Of a stretch of 46,364 bases of DNA, positions 8,929 to 18,899 are shown in pieces; within the stretch, counting starts at the first letter, position 1; each line of letters begins with the position of its first letter. The notes below the pieces were generated by a model. The model saw only the letters and a list, made by a program, of their open reading frames with translations, was not told the origin of the DNA and made no database searches. The stretch lies in contig JBBDRO010000024.1 of assembly GCA_040905425.1 (NCBI GenBank), positions 5,719 to 52,082 on the forward strand, read 5' to 3'. This stretch comes from Gemmatimonadota bacterium. Its GTDB lineage: Bacteria > Gemmatimonadota > Gemmatimonadetes > Longimicrobiales > RSA9. The translations under genes were made by a program, and so were the position numbers.

Positions 8929-10467
8929 TCAGTGCAGGCGGCCCCTCAGGCGCAGCGCCAGGGCGTGTTCGCGCCAGCCGTCCGCGCCTTCCTCGAGCCA
9001 GGCGCTGCCCGTGATGGACCAGCGGGCCGCTAGGCGGATGGCGGCGCGCACCTCCCCGCCGGTGGCGCGCCCGGACCGCTCGGGAGCGAAGAGGTTGTGG
9101 GGCCCCCGCTCGCGCGTCCAGCCGGCGGCGGAGAGTGTGGCGCGGCCCGCGTCCAGGCGCGCGTCCCCGCGCCACTCGGTGCCGTCACCGCCCAGCATGT
9201 GACCCAGCGGCCGGCGTTCGTCGGTCCACCCCCCCGTGAGCGCCCAGTTGCGATACCAGACCGTATTGCCGCACCGGCAGTCCGGATGGAACCAGGTGCG
9301 CTCGATCCCGAGCGCCAGTTGGGGCAGTCCCGGAACCGCGCCGAGTTCGGCGCCCACCACGTTGGCGGGGGAGTTGCTGATGGCGCCGGCGCTGTCATCC
9401 AGTCCCCACTCCAGCCAGAGCCGCAGCGGCAGCGCTCCCAGCGGCGGACGCCATCGTGCATCCAGCGCCAGCACCAGGTTGTTGAACTCACCCACCTCGC
9501 CGGAGTGCTTGCCCACCAGCAGCTTGAGCATGTGCTCGAGGGTGATCGGTGCGTTGCCACGACCGCCGAAGATATCCCCGCGCGTGAGGCCGAAGCCGAA
9601 GCGCGGGTGCGGGGAGATCGCCAGGCGCGTGGCCGCGAACCACGGCTCGGTGATGCTGTCCCCGTTTTCGAGGCGGGAGAGGACGAACTCCGCGGACAAC
9701 GGTCCGAACACGTCCAGGAAGCCGGAGGGCTCGAGGGGCGCGGCGGTGGCCAGGCCCACGCCGTCCAGGGAGGTGCCGCTCAGCACGATCGAACCACCAC
9801 GCCCGGGACCCATCCCCACCACCCGGCGGCCGCCCCACAGATGGAAGCCGCCCAGGCGCACCACCGCCTCCGCCGCGGGCAGACGCATGTTGCCGTGCCG
9901 TGCCTCGACGGAGGCGCCGAGCCAGGCGCGCTCACGCACCCGCGTGCCGATGGCCACGGCGAGGAGCGCGGTGGCGGTGTCCGGGGCCGGCGGCGCGCCC
10001 GTCCAGTTGTCCACGTTCTCATACCCCATGCCCGTGAGCACCACCCCGGTGCGGTAGCGGTAGCCGCCCTCGGCGGTGATGCGCACCACCCGGGCGGGGG
10101 CCAGCACCGGCAGGGCCACGGTGCCCGTCTCCGCCACGAAGCGGACGCTCCAGTCGGCGATCAGCGGCAGCAGGGGATGGTCCTGGACGCCCGCCACCAC
10201 GGCCGCATGGGCCAGCGCCCGGCCCACGTCACCCTCGCGTGGCGCGCGTCGGCCCCAGTCGCTTCCCGGCGGCAGCAACCCCGCCGCGTCCAGGCGGCGC
10301 AGCGCGCCCACGCTCCAGTGGTCGGGGGCCAGCGTGGGGGTGGGTGCCTGCGCCGCGGCCGGACCAGTGGTGGCGAGTACGGCCGTGCCCACCAGCAACG
10401 CCCTAGCGAGCAGCGCCGCACGCGCCCTGAGGGTGCCAGCGAGCATGCGCCGCAGCACGGTCTTCAC
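8929..10467 (-). CDS. Second capsule assembly Wzi-family outer-membrane beta-barrel (start at 10467 or 10446)
   Basis: Signal peptide ending AAAQA; helical N-terminal segment 'DHWSVGALRRLDAAGLL'; 'GPGRGGSIVLS', 'RPLGHMLGGDG' Wzi-like motifs. Confidence 0.72.
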   Translation of the reverse strand: MKTVLRRMLAGTLRARAALLARALLVGTAVLATTGPAAAQAPTPTLAPDHWSVGALRRLDAAGLLPPGSDWGRRAPREGDVGRALAHAAVVAGVQDHPLLPLIADWSVRFVAETGTVALPVLAPARVVRITAEGGYRYRTGVVLTGMGYENVDNWTGAPPAPDTATALLAVAIGTRVRERAWLGASVEARHGNMRLPAAEAVVRLGGFHLWGGRRVVGMGPGRGGSIVLSGTSLDGVGLATAAPLEPSGFLDVFGPLSAEFVLSRLENGDSITEPWFAATRLAISPHPRFGFGLTRGDIFGGRGNAPITLEHMLKLLVGKHSGEVGEFNNLVLALDARWRPPLGALPLRLWLEWGLDDSAGAISNSPANVVGAELGAVPGLPQLALGIERTWFHPDCRCGNTVWYRNWALTGGWTDERRPLGHMLGGDGTEWRGDARLDAGRATLSAAGWTRERGPHNLFAPERSGRATGGEVRAAIRLAARWSITGSAWLEEGADGWREHALALRLRGRLH

Positions 10468-10468
10468 G

Positions 10469-12829
10469 TCAGTAGCGCTCGGTGGTATAGCGGTAGGCGG
10501 CGTTGGCGTAGCTGCCATAAAGGCGACCTTCGCGCGTGCCCACCCCGTTGAGTACCGCGCCCAGCACGGGTGCCCGCACGGCCGCGAGCTGCTCCATGGT
10601 GAAGCGCATGGCGTCCAGGTCGGTCACGCCCGCCCGGGCCACCACCACTACCCCGTCGGCGCGCGTGCCCAGAATGGCGGCGTCCGTCACCACGTTCATG
10701 GGCGGGGCGTCCAGGAACACCGCCTCGTAGCGCTCGATGAGGCGCGCCAGCAGGCGCTCCATCCGCTCGGAGCCGAGCAGTTCGGCCGGATTGGGCGGCA
10801 GCGTACCCGTGGGGATGAAGTCCAGGGCGCGCCCGTCGTCGAGCGGCACCCGCCGGATGGTCTCCTCCAGCGCGCCGTCCTCCAGGAGCAGCTGGGAGAG
10901 CCCGGGCTCCCGCGCCTGGCCGAACACCTCATGCAGTACGCCGCGGCGCAGGTCGGCGTCCACCAGCACGCAGCTGACGCCCTGCTGCGCCAGGGTGATG
11001 GCCAGGTTGGCCGAGGTAGTGGACTTCCCCTCCCCGGGGGCGGGGCTGGTAAAGACCACCGTGCGCGGCGCATGATCGGGCCGCACGAAGGTGAGATTCG
11101 TCCGCAGGCTACGATACGCCTCACTCACCGGATTGCGTGGATCCCGATGCGTCACGAGCCTGCGCTCCAAATCGGCCGGCGCGGCGCGGCCGCCCCGTAC
11201 CCGGCGGCGTCCCGCGCCGTTCGTGGCCGCCTCCGGGATGGTGGGGATGAGGCCGAGCACCGGCAGCCCGCCCGTGGCGTGGTGCAGCTCCTCGCGCGTA
11301 TGCACGCTGTTGTCCATGTGCTCCCGAACCGCAGCGCCGCCCACGCCGAGCACCACGCCCAGGATGACCGCCAGCACGAGAGTCAGCGGCGCGTCCGGCC
11401 GCACGGGATCGATCGGCAGAATGGCGTCATCCACCATGCGGACGGTGGGATCGTCGATGGCCGCCAGGATCTCCGCCTCCTTGAGGCGCAGCTGCAACTG
11501 GTCGTAGAGGTCCCCGGCCGCCTGCGCCTGGCGCAGCAGGCGAGCCAGGCGGATCTCCTTGGCCGGGATGGCCCCGAGCTCCGCCTCGAAGCCCCTCAGC
11601 TGCCGATCCAGGCCGGCCACCTGCTGATCCAGGCCGGCCACGTACGTCTGTACCATGCCTTCGAGCTGCGCCTCCCCGGCCTCGATACGCTGGGTCAGCA
11701 GGCGCACGTCCTCGTCCGTCAGGCTGCGGCGCCGCAGCAGCTCGGCGCGCTCGTTCTCCAGCTCGTTCAGTGACGTAAGGAGCTGGCCCACCGCGGGATA
11801 CTGCAGCAGCGTGGGGAAGCCGAAGACGTCCCGGGCGGACTCCGGACGAGCACTGCGCGGGGCATCGAGCAGCGAGCGGAGGGCGTCCCGCTCGGCGGCC
11901 AGGAGCTCCCGCTGTGCCTGGAAATCGGCCAGCTGCTCCACCTGCGCCTGCCCCGCCGCCTGCAGGTTCACCACCCCCTGCTCCTCCTTGAACGTCTGCA
12001 GATCCTCCTCCGCATTCACCAGCTGCGTGTCCAGGGTATCGATCTGCCGGCGCAGGAACGCCACGGTGGAGCGCGCCTGGCCACTCCGCTCGGCGTTGCG
12101 CCGTTCGATGAAGCGCCCCGCGGCCACGTTCGGCACGGCCGTCACCAGGCTGCGATCTGTGCCCGCGTAGGTGAGCTCGACCAGGCTGGCTTCCCGCTCG
12201 GGCCGCTTCACGTCCAGTTGCTTGCGGAACTCTTCCACCCGCTCCTGAAACGGGATGACGACCACCTCGAACGATTCGTGCTCGCCAGCCGCCGCCGCCA
12301 GGGTGAGGCGGAGGCCTGGGAGCACCAGCGGGGTCCCCACCACCGCCTCGCCGCGACGGGCGGGGGGCGGCCCTCCGGAAAACTCGAATCGGTCGGGCGC
12401 GATGCGCTCGAAGGTGTAACGCGCGGCCGGCGCCGCCCGGGACGCCCCCAGCCGCTCCAGCAGGTGGCTGCGAACCACGCCCCGGCCGGCGTCCAGATCC
12501 ACGTGCAGGTCGAGCGAATCCACCACGTCCTCGGCCAGCGTGCGGCTGCGCAGTACCAGCATCTCCGTATTGATCTCGCTGCCGGACGAGAGCGTCTGCA
12601 GGACGTCCAGCACCGGAACGTTGGAACGCTGTTCGTCGATGCGCAGCGTGGCGGTGGCCTCGTAGACGGGCGTGGCCAGCGTAAGGAACAGGACGGCCGC
12701 GGCCAGCACCAGCACGGGCAGGCCTATGACGATCCACAGGTTCCGCACCAGGAACTGCCAGACATCCCGGAGGCGCGGTTCGCGCGGTGCTCGCCCGTTG
12801 GTGGCGGGGCTCGGTGGCGCGATCATCAT
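10469..12829 (-). CDS. wzc: Polysaccharide co-polymerase / tyrosine autokinase Wzc
   Basis: N-terminal Wzz-like TM, coiled coil, second TM, Walker A SPAPGEGKST, LVDADLR, FLDAPP, C-terminal Tyr cluster YGSYANAAYRYTTERY. Confidence 0.95.
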   Translation of the reverse strand: MMIAPPSPATNGRAPREPRLRDVWQFLVRNLWIVIGLPVLVLAAAVLFLTLATPVYEATATLRIDEQRSNVPVLDVLQTLSSGSEINTEMLVLRSRTLAEDVVDSLDLHVDLDAGRGVVRSHLLERLGASRAAPAARYTFERIAPDRFEFSGGPPPARRGEAVVGTPLVLPGLRLTLAAAAGEHESFEVVVIPFQERVEEFRKQLDVKRPEREASLVELTYAGTDRSLVTAVPNVAAGRFIERRNAERSGQARSTVAFLRRQIDTLDTQLVNAEEDLQTFKEEQGVVNLQAAGQAQVEQLADFQAQRELLAAERDALRSLLDAPRSARPESARDVFGFPTLLQYPAVGQLLTSLNELENERAELLRRRSLTDEDVRLLTQRIEAGEAQLEGMVQTYVAGLDQQVAGLDRQLRGFEAELGAIPAKEIRLARLLRQAQAAGDLYDQLQLRLKEAEILAAIDDPTVRMVDDAILPIDPVRPDAPLTLVLAVILGVVLGVGGAAVREHMDNSVHTREELHHATGGLPVLGLIPTIPEAATNGAGRRRVRGGRAAPADLERRLVTHRDPRNPVSEAYRSLRTNLTFVRPDHAPRTVVFTSPAPGEGKSTTSANLAITLAQQGVSCVLVDADLRRGVLHEVFGQAREPGLSQLLLEDGALEETIRRVPLDDGRALDFIPTGTLPPNPAELLGSERMERLLARLIERYEAVFLDAPPMNVVTDAAILGTRADGVVVVARAGVTDLDAMRFTMEQLAAVRAPVLGAVLNGVGTREGRLYGSYANAAYRYTTERY

Positions 12830-13449
12830 CGCACCAGGATGAGGACCACGCTGAGCAGGCCTGAGGCAATGGCCGCTACGGTGCCCGGATTCCTGGACAG
12901 CCAGCTGCGCTCCGGCACGAAGAGCTGGTCACCGGAACGAATCGGCGAGGCGGAAATGACCGTCCGCTCGCTGATGGACACAGGCATCACCTGGCCGGCG
13001 CGTAGCAGCTGGATCCGCTCCGCATCCCCCTCCGGCGTGGTACCGCCCGCCAGCGCCAGCGCGTCGGCCACCGTGAGGGTCGGGTCCACGTCGTACATGG
13101 CGGGTTCGCGTACCGCTCCCTGCACGGCGATGCGGCGCAGGAAGACCACCTCGATGGAGGTGTGAGTGAGGCTCTTCGTGAGTTCGTCCAGGATGTGCTT
13201 CTCGATCTCCAGGGGGGTGCGGCCGGTGACGTCCATGCGGCCGATGCGCGGCAGCACCACGATGCCCCGCGTGTCCACGCGGAACGTGCCCTCCCAGTCG
13301 GGTTCACGCCAGACACTGAGCACGATGGCGTCCCCCGGCCGGAGCGGTTCCAGCAGGGGGGACCAGCCCTCCCCCGGGGGCTCCTGCGCAGCGGCGGGCG
13401 CCGCCCACCATGCCAGCGCCATCAGGGTGGCGCACCAGCCTGCCTTCAT
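12826..13449 (-). CDS. wza: Polysaccharide export (OPX/Wza-like) protein with SLBB domain, short form
   Basis: GAGGAGG RBS; 'LRPGDAIVLSVW...VDTRGIVVLPRIG' Poly_export motif; 'VQGAVREP...TVADALALAGG', 'IRSGDQLFVP'; C-terminal hydrophobic helix. Confidence 0.85.
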   Translation of the reverse strand: MKAGWCATLMALAWWAAPAAAQEPPGEGWSPLLEPLRPGDAIVLSVWREPDWEGTFRVDTRGIVVLPRIGRMDVTGRTPLEIEKHILDELTKSLTHTSIEVVFLRRIAVQGAVREPAMYDVDPTLTVADALALAGGTTPEGDAERIQLLRAGQVMPVSISERTVISASPIRSGDQLFVPERSWLSRNPGTVAAIASGLLSVVLILVR

Positions 13450-13514
13450 ATGCCTCCTCGTGGGTCCGGCCCTGTCCCTCGGCGGTCGTGGCCGGGCTCG
13501 TCCCGCGCACCCGC

Positions 13515-14306
13515 TCACCGGAACAGCTCGCGCAGCCGGTCCAGGAGCGTCCTGCTGACGGTGTACGGGGGGACGGGGATGGGCGCGCGACCCTCGAGCA
13601 GTCGTGCCGGGTTGCTACGCATCAGCAGGTGGACCTGCTCCTCCGCGCCCGCCTCCAGCAGGACATCCTCGTACGCGCGCACCTGCGGGTCACCCCGCGC
13701 ATGGTAATCCGACGAAAGGTAGTCCGCCCAACCGCGCTCGAGCAACACACCGGCTCGCTGACGCGCCTCTTTGCCGTAGCGTCCCAGCAGCGAGCCGCCG
13801 TTCACCTGGAGGTAGGCACCGGCGTCGCGCCACTCCCCGGCCAGGCGCAGCTCGGTGTCCAGATTGTGGTAGCGCTCGGGGTGCGCCACGATGGGTATGA
13901 CACCGCGCTCCCGCAGCTGGCGCACCGCGCGCGCCGCATGCGGCGGAACGGTCATGAAGGGAAACTCCATGAGCACGAAGGCGCCCCCCGCCAGGCGCAG
14001 GCGGGGATCGTCCAGCACGGGATTGGGCGTGTCCAGATTCAGCTCCACGCCGCGGTAAAGCCGAACGTTCACGGCCGCGTCCGCGGCGGCCGCGCAGAGG
14101 ATCTGCCAGCCCCGGTCCAGTTGCTCCAGGCGCGCCGCCAGGGCGTCCGGATCCGTTGTGATGGCGGCATCCACGTGGGGCGTGGCGACTGCCGCGGTGA
14201 CGCCTTGCTCCGCCAGGGCACAGAGGGCGGCCAGGCTCTCCGCCCGATCCACGGCGCCATCATCCACCCCGGGAATGAGGTGGCTGTGAAAGTCCACGAT
14301 GCTCAC
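13515..14306 (-). CDS. PHP-family protein-tyrosine phosphatase (CpsB/CapC type)
   Basis: GTGA overlap start; IVDFHSHLIPGVDDG, ATPH, IVAHPERY, SSDYH metal-binding motifs. Confidence 0.92.
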   Translation of the reverse strand: MSIVDFHSHLIPGVDDGAVDRAESLAALCALAEQGVTAAVATPHVDAAITTDPDALAARLEQLDRGWQILCAAAADAAVNVRLYRGVELNLDTPNPVLDDPRLRLAGGAFVLMEFPFMTVPPHAARAVRQLRERGVIPIVAHPERYHNLDTELRLAGEWRDAGAYLQVNGGSLLGRYGKEARQRAGVLLERGWADYLSSDYHARGDPQVRAYEDVLLEAGAEEQVHLLMRSNPARLLEGRAPIPVPPYTVSRTLLDRLRELFR

Positions 14307-15802
14307 GCTAGCCGACTCCATTCTGGCAGATCGACCTCGAGCTTCTCCGGCGCCGCGCGGGCCGCCTCCGGATCCTCCGCGGCCAGGCGGGCCGCCACCA
14401 GCGCACCGCCGCAGAGCAGCGCCACGTACTGCGTGAATGCCGCGTAGTAGTCGAAGGCGTTGTCCGTGATGCTCACCACGGCCCAGGCCAGCAGGAGTCC
14501 CACCGCAGGGAAGGCGTACTCACGGGTCAGGCGATCGGGCAGCAGTGCCGCCCGCGCCGCCCCGAACAGCCAGATCAGCAGCGCCGCCGCGAAGAGGGCC
14601 ACGCCGAGTACACCGGTGTCCGTGAGCAGGCGGATGTACTCGTTGTGTACCACCTGCCCCGCCTCCGCCGGGAAATTGGCCCGCACGATGGCGGTGGAGG
14701 AGCCCAGCCCCAGGCCGAACCACGGCTGCGCCAGGTAGGCCGCCAGCACGATGGGCCAGACGATCTCCCTGCCCTGCCAGTTGATGGACTCGTAGAGCGC
14801 GAGCGGGCTGCCGAGCAGCGCCGTGAGCTCGCCCACGCGCGGCACGAAGCCGAGCGAACGCTCCAGCACGGCGGGCACGAGCGGTATGGCCACGGCGGCG
14901 CCGACCAGGGCCGCCGCCCCCAGGGCGCGCCAGTTGCGCCCGGCCACGGCCGCGGTCACCGCCACCGCGGCCAGCGCCACGAGCGTGGCCAGCAGGGTGA
15001 TCCGTGTGTTGGCCATGACGATCCACAGGCCGGCGCCCGCGCAGAGCGCCAGATAACGCAGCTGCCCGCGTGACACGAAGCGGGTGAACGCCACGACGAG
15101 GATGACCAGCATGTAGAAGGAGAGCGGATTCTCGTGCCCCGCCACGCCGCGTATGCGCATGCCGCCCTGGAGGGTCACGTCGTAGGCGCCGCCCAGGAAA
15201 TACAGGGGATTCAGCACGAACGCGATGACCGCCCCGCCGGCCAGCGCCCAATCGGCCAACCCCTCCAGCTCCCGCCGGGTACGGACCGCACCGAGCACGG
15301 TGAGGAAGATGAGCAGCGGATAGGTGATCTTGAGCCAGAGCCGAAGTCCGTCCACGAGCGCCAGAGAGCGCGGCAGGGTGGCGGCCGCGAAGAGCAGGAA
15401 GAGGACATAGACCGCCCCCCATCGCCCGAGCAACTGGCGCAGCACCGCGCCATCCACGAGCGCCAGGATACCGAGCCCCGCGGACACCGCGATCAGGCGG
15501 ATGCCGTTCATGTCCAGCCCGCCGATGGCGGGCAGGAGGTCCTTGAAGCCGCCGGTGATGAAGGACAGGTCAATCGGCCCGATGGCCAGCATAACGGCCA
15601 CAACCACGAGCGGGCGGGCCAGCACGGCGGCCAGCAACAGCCCGCCGAAGAGGATACCGGTGACCAGGAACGGCACGTGCACAAGCAGATAACCCGAAAC
15701 GAGCGCCACCACGACGGCCACGACCACCTCGGGGAGGTGGTCCCCCACGGCCGGCACGCCGCTCCGGTAGCGCCATGCCGCCGAGCCGGAGGTGCCCCTC
15801 AC
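14303..15802 (-). CDS. O-antigen ligase / Wzy polymerase family membrane protein
   Basis: Many TM helices; 'GHENPLSFY', 'GREIVW', 'PWFGLGLGS', 'HNEYIRLLTDTGVLG' Wzy_C signature. Confidence 0.85.
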   Translation of the reverse strand: MRGTSGSAAWRYRSGVPAVGDHLPEVVVAVVVALVSGYLLVHVPFLVTGILFGGLLLAAVLARPLVVVAVMLAIGPIDLSFITGGFKDLLPAIGGLDMNGIRLIAVSAGLGILALVDGAVLRQLLGRWGAVYVLFLLFAAATLPRSLALVDGLRLWLKITYPLLIFLTVLGAVRTRRELEGLADWALAGGAVIAFVLNPLYFLGGAYDVTLQGGMRIRGVAGHENPLSFYMLVILVVAFTRFVSRGQLRYLALCAGAGLWIVMANTRITLLATLVALAAVAVTAAVAGRNWRALGAAALVGAAVAIPLVPAVLERSLGFVPRVGELTALLGSPLALYESINWQGREIVWPIVLAAYLAQPWFGLGLGSSTAIVRANFPAEAGQVVHNEYIRLLTDTGVLGVALFAAALLIWLFGAARAALLPDRLTREYAFPAVGLLLAWAVVSITDNAFDYYAAFTQYVALLCGGALVAARLAAEDPEAARAAPEKLEVDLPEWSRLA

Positions 15803-16956
15803 GCATCCTCCAGTACGCGGCGGTAGAAGGCTTCCACCCCGCCGGCGATATGGGTCCAGGCGAGCGGACCCTCGGCCAGCTCCCGGGCGGCGCGACCGGC
15901 CACCGCCAGGGCGCCGGGATCGTCGAGCACCTCGGCCATCCGCTGGCCCAGCGCGTCGGCCTCGGGCGGCGTGCTCCAGCCCGCGCCCGCCGCGCTGATG
16001 GCGTCGGCAGCGTCCCCCACGGCGGGCAGCAGCGTGGCGCGGCCGGCCGCCAGATAGTCGTTCACCTTACTCGGCCAGCGGCCCCGGTTGGCCACGGTGT
16101 CGCGGAGCGGCACCACGCACACGTCCGCGGCGCCGAGCCAGAGGGAGAGCTCCGCGTCATCCACGCGCCCCGTGCGCAGCAGCGCGTCCGGCGGCAGCGT
16201 CAGGCGGGTACGGACCGAGCCCACCAGCACCAGACGCAGGCGCGGGTGGCGCCGCCTGGCGGTCGTCACCGCGTCACTCAGCAGGCGGGCGTCGCCGGGC
16301 ACCAGCGCGCCCAGGTGGAGCACCAGCGGCGCCGTGGCGTCCACGCCCAGCGCGCGCCGCGCCACGGCCCGCTCCATGGGCGCCACGCGTTCCCTGCTGC
16401 AGCCGTGGGGGAAGCGGTGGATGCGGCCCGCCGGCACGCCCAGGCCCGCGGCGCGCTCGCCCAGGGCGCGGCTGATCACCGTGGTGCCGTGGGCCTCCCG
16501 CCGGTAGGCCTCCTCGAACCACTGCTCCACGGGCTCGATGAGCGCCCCCAGGAGCGGTCCCGAGCGCTCTCGCGTGGTGCCGCCCCGGCCCCACCAGTCG
16601 GCCCAGTCCAGCACCAGCCGGGCGCCGCCGTCGCGCAGGCGCAGGGCAGGGTAGATGACGGCCGGCCGGGAGTCGAAGGCGTGCACCAGGTCGCAGCGCC
16701 TGCCCTGCACCAGGCGCAGCCGGTGGAAGAGGTTCCACAGGTCCCAACCCGTGCGCCCGCGGCCGCTCAGGAGGTCGGGCATGTGGGCCACCACCACGCC
16801 ACCGTGGCGCTCCACCCCGCCCCGCCAGCGGCCGGTGGCGTGCGTGGTCACCACCAGCACCTCGTGGCCGCGTGCGCGCAGCGCACGCCCCAGGTGATAG
16901 GCCCGGAAGAAGGTGCCGGCCCAGGCGGGATTGTGGTTCAGGAAGACCAGGCGCAT
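15799..16956 (-). CDS. Glycosyltransferase family 4
   Basis: GT-B fold motifs 'ADVCVVPL...RWPSKVNDYLAAGRATL'; locus context. Confidence 0.85.
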   Translation of the reverse strand: MRLVFLNHNPAWAGTFFRAYHLGRALRARGHEVLVVTTHATGRWRGGVERHGGVVVAHMPDLLSGRGRTGWDLWNLFHRLRLVQGRRCDLVHAFDSRPAVIYPALRLRDGGARLVLDWADWWGRGGTTRERSGPLLGALIEPVEQWFEEAYRREAHGTTVISRALGERAAGLGVPAGRIHRFPHGCSRERVAPMERAVARRALGVDATAPLVLHLGALVPGDARLLSDAVTTARRRHPRLRLVLVGSVRTRLTLPPDALLRTGRVDDAELSLWLGAADVCVVPLRDTVANRGRWPSKVNDYLAAGRATLLPAVGDAADAISAAGAGWSTPPEADALGQRMAEVLDDPGALAVAGRAARELAEGPLAWTHIAGGVEAFYRRVLEDA

Positions 16957-18143
16957 CAGCCCTCCTCCCGGCGCGCGAGCGCGGCGCCGTAGATGCGCGC
17001 CAGGGCGGCGTAGCTCGCGGGTGCGGCGTAGCGGTCCAGATAGCTGCGGCGCGCGGCCTCGCCAAGGCGGCGGCGGAGCTCCGGCCGGCCGGCGAGCTGG
17101 CGCACCGCGGCCGCGAGCGCGCCCGCGTCCCCGGGGCGCACGCGCACGCCGTTCACCCCGTCCTCCACGATGGTGGCGAGCGCGCCGTGATCGGAGGCGA
17201 TCACGGGGAGCGCGCAGGCGAACGCCTCCGCCATCACCATGGGAAAGCCCTCGTAGGAGATGGACGGTACCACAAGCGCGGCCGCGTGGCGCATGTGTTC
17301 GAGGACCTCGGGGCCCGGGAGCCGGCCGAGCGGGCGGATGGATGGATGCCGGATGCTGGCGGCCCGGACGTCGCTTTCAAGGGGGCCCTCTCCCACGATC
17401 TGCAGCTCCGGGGGCGCCTCCAGCTCCGCCCAGGCCCGCAGCAGCACGTCCACGCCCTTCTGCCGGTCCAACCGGCCCACGAAGAGGAAGGCCTCACCGC
17501 CCAGTCCGGCACCGGGATCGGCCGCCAGGAAGTTGGGCTTCACGTGCATGCGCTCCACCGGCAGCCCGCCCCGTCCGAAGAGGTCACGGGCGAAGGGCGT
17601 GAGGGCAATAAAGGCGTCCACCTGGCGCCAGGTACCCGCCGCGCGGTGGGTCTGCAGCGTGAGGGCGCTCACGGCGCTGGCCACCCGCGAGCCACCGTAG
17701 CAGCCGTGCACCACCGCCCGCCACGGCACGTGCCCCACACAGTCCTCGCAGGGGGCGCCGGCGCGCAGGAGATCGGCGCCCGGGCAGAGCAGCCGGTAAT
17801 TGTGCAGCGTGGCCACCACGGCGGCCCCGCCCGCCCGCGCCCCGCGCACGACCGCCGGGGAGAGGGCCGGGAAGGTGTTGTGCAGGTGTACCACGGAGGC
17901 GCGCTCGGCCCGCACGAGGGCCTCCAGTTCGGCCGCCGCGCCGCGGTTCCACACGGCCAGGCGCGCGGTGGTAGCGGCCGAGCGCTCGGCGAAGTCGGCG
18001 TTGTTCACATGGAAGCGGACCACGCGATGGTCGTGCGCGCTCAGGAGGTCCGCCTCGGCGTCGGCCACGGCCTCCTCGCCCCCCGACCGGCGGTAGCGGG
18101 CGTGCACCTGCACCACGGTGTGCGGCCGCGCGGCCATGACCAT
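16956..18143 (-). CDS. Glycosyltransferase family 4
   Basis: SGGEE, VHLHNTFP, TLHNYRLLCP, FVGRLDRQKG, YEGFPMVMAEAFACALPVI. Confidence 0.92.
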   Translation of the reverse strand: MVMAARPHTVVQVHARYRRSGGEEAVADAEADLLSAHDHRVVRFHVNNADFAERSAATTARLAVWNRGAAAELEALVRAERASVVHLHNTFPALSPAVVRGARAGGAAVVATLHNYRLLCPGADLLRAGAPCEDCVGHVPWRAVVHGCYGGSRVASAVSALTLQTHRAAGTWRQVDAFIALTPFARDLFGRGGLPVERMHVKPNFLAADPGAGLGGEAFLFVGRLDRQKGVDVLLRAWAELEAPPELQIVGEGPLESDVRAASIRHPSIRPLGRLPGPEVLEHMRHAAALVVPSISYEGFPMVMAEAFACALPVIASDHGALATIVEDGVNGVRVRPGDAGALAAAVRQLAGRPELRRRLGEAARRSYLDRYAAPASYAALARIYGAALARREEG

Positions 18144-18155
18144 GGCCAGCGCCCC

Positions 18156-18899
18156 TCAGTACGCCCCGCGCGCGCTCACCACCGCCGGCAGCGTGGCGGC
18201 GAGGAGCCGCAGATCGAGAGCCAGACTCCAGTTCTGGATGTAGTCCATGTCCAGCCGGGCCCAGTGGTCGAAGTCGGAGATCTCGGAGCGTCCGCTCACC
18301 TGCCAGATGCAGGTGATCCCCGGGACCACGGCCAGCTTGCCCCACTGCCACGGCGCGAAGGCGGCGAACTCCTCGGCCGAGGGCGGCCGGGGACCGACCA
18401 GACTCATGTCCCCCACCAGCACGCTCCAGAGCTGGGGCAGCTCGTCCAGGGAGTAGCGGCGCAGGAAGCGGCCGAGCGGGGTGATGCGCGGGTCATCCCG
18501 AAGCTTGAAGACCGGCCCCGACATCTCGTTGCGGTGCAGCATGCGCGCCTTCTGCTGGTCCGCGTCCGCCACCATCGTGCGGAACTTGTAGCCCACGAAG
18601 GGGCGGGCCCGGTGCCCCAGAACGCGCCACGGGTAGAGCACGGGTCCCGGCGAGGTGGCCTTGACGAGGACGGCAATGACGGCCAGCGCCGGACTCAGGA
18701 CCACCAGCCCCGTGCCCGCCAGCAGGATGTCCAGGACGCGCTTCACCACCTGGCCGGCGCGCCAGCGCCACCCCGCCGCGCGCGGGGGCAGGTAGGAAGC
18801 CCAGTCGACCTCCTCGCGCAGCTGCCGCACGCGCTCGTCCACGGGCACGGCTGCCGGCGGAGGGGCCTTTGCCGTGAGCTCGCGGGCCGGGGTGCTCAC
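18156..18899 (-). CDS. Priming undecaprenyl-phosphate sugar phosphotransferase (Bac_transf, small PglC-like form)
   Basis: GTGA overlap start; KRVLDI, YKFRTM, DDPRITPLGRFLRRYSLDELPQL, GDMSLVGPRP, PGITCIWQVSGRS. Confidence 0.93.
   Translation of the reverse strand: MSTPARELTAKAPPPAAVPVDERVRQLREEVDWASYLPPRAAGWRWRAGQVVKRVLDILLAGTGLVVLSPALAVIAVLVKATSPGPVLYPWRVLGHRARPFVGYKFRTMVADADQQKARMLHRNEMSGPVFKLRDDPRITPLGRFLRRYSLDELPQLWSVLVGDMSLVGPRPPSAEEFAAFAPWQWGKLAVVPGITCIWQVSGRSEISDFDHWARLDMDYIQNWSLALDLRLLAATLPAVVSARGAY

Noticed and set aside
13450..13514. CCGGCC/GGCCGG inverted repeat between the phosphatase and wza genes
   Set aside because: Short stem, large loop and no U-tract; cannot be distinguished from chance in GC-rich DNA
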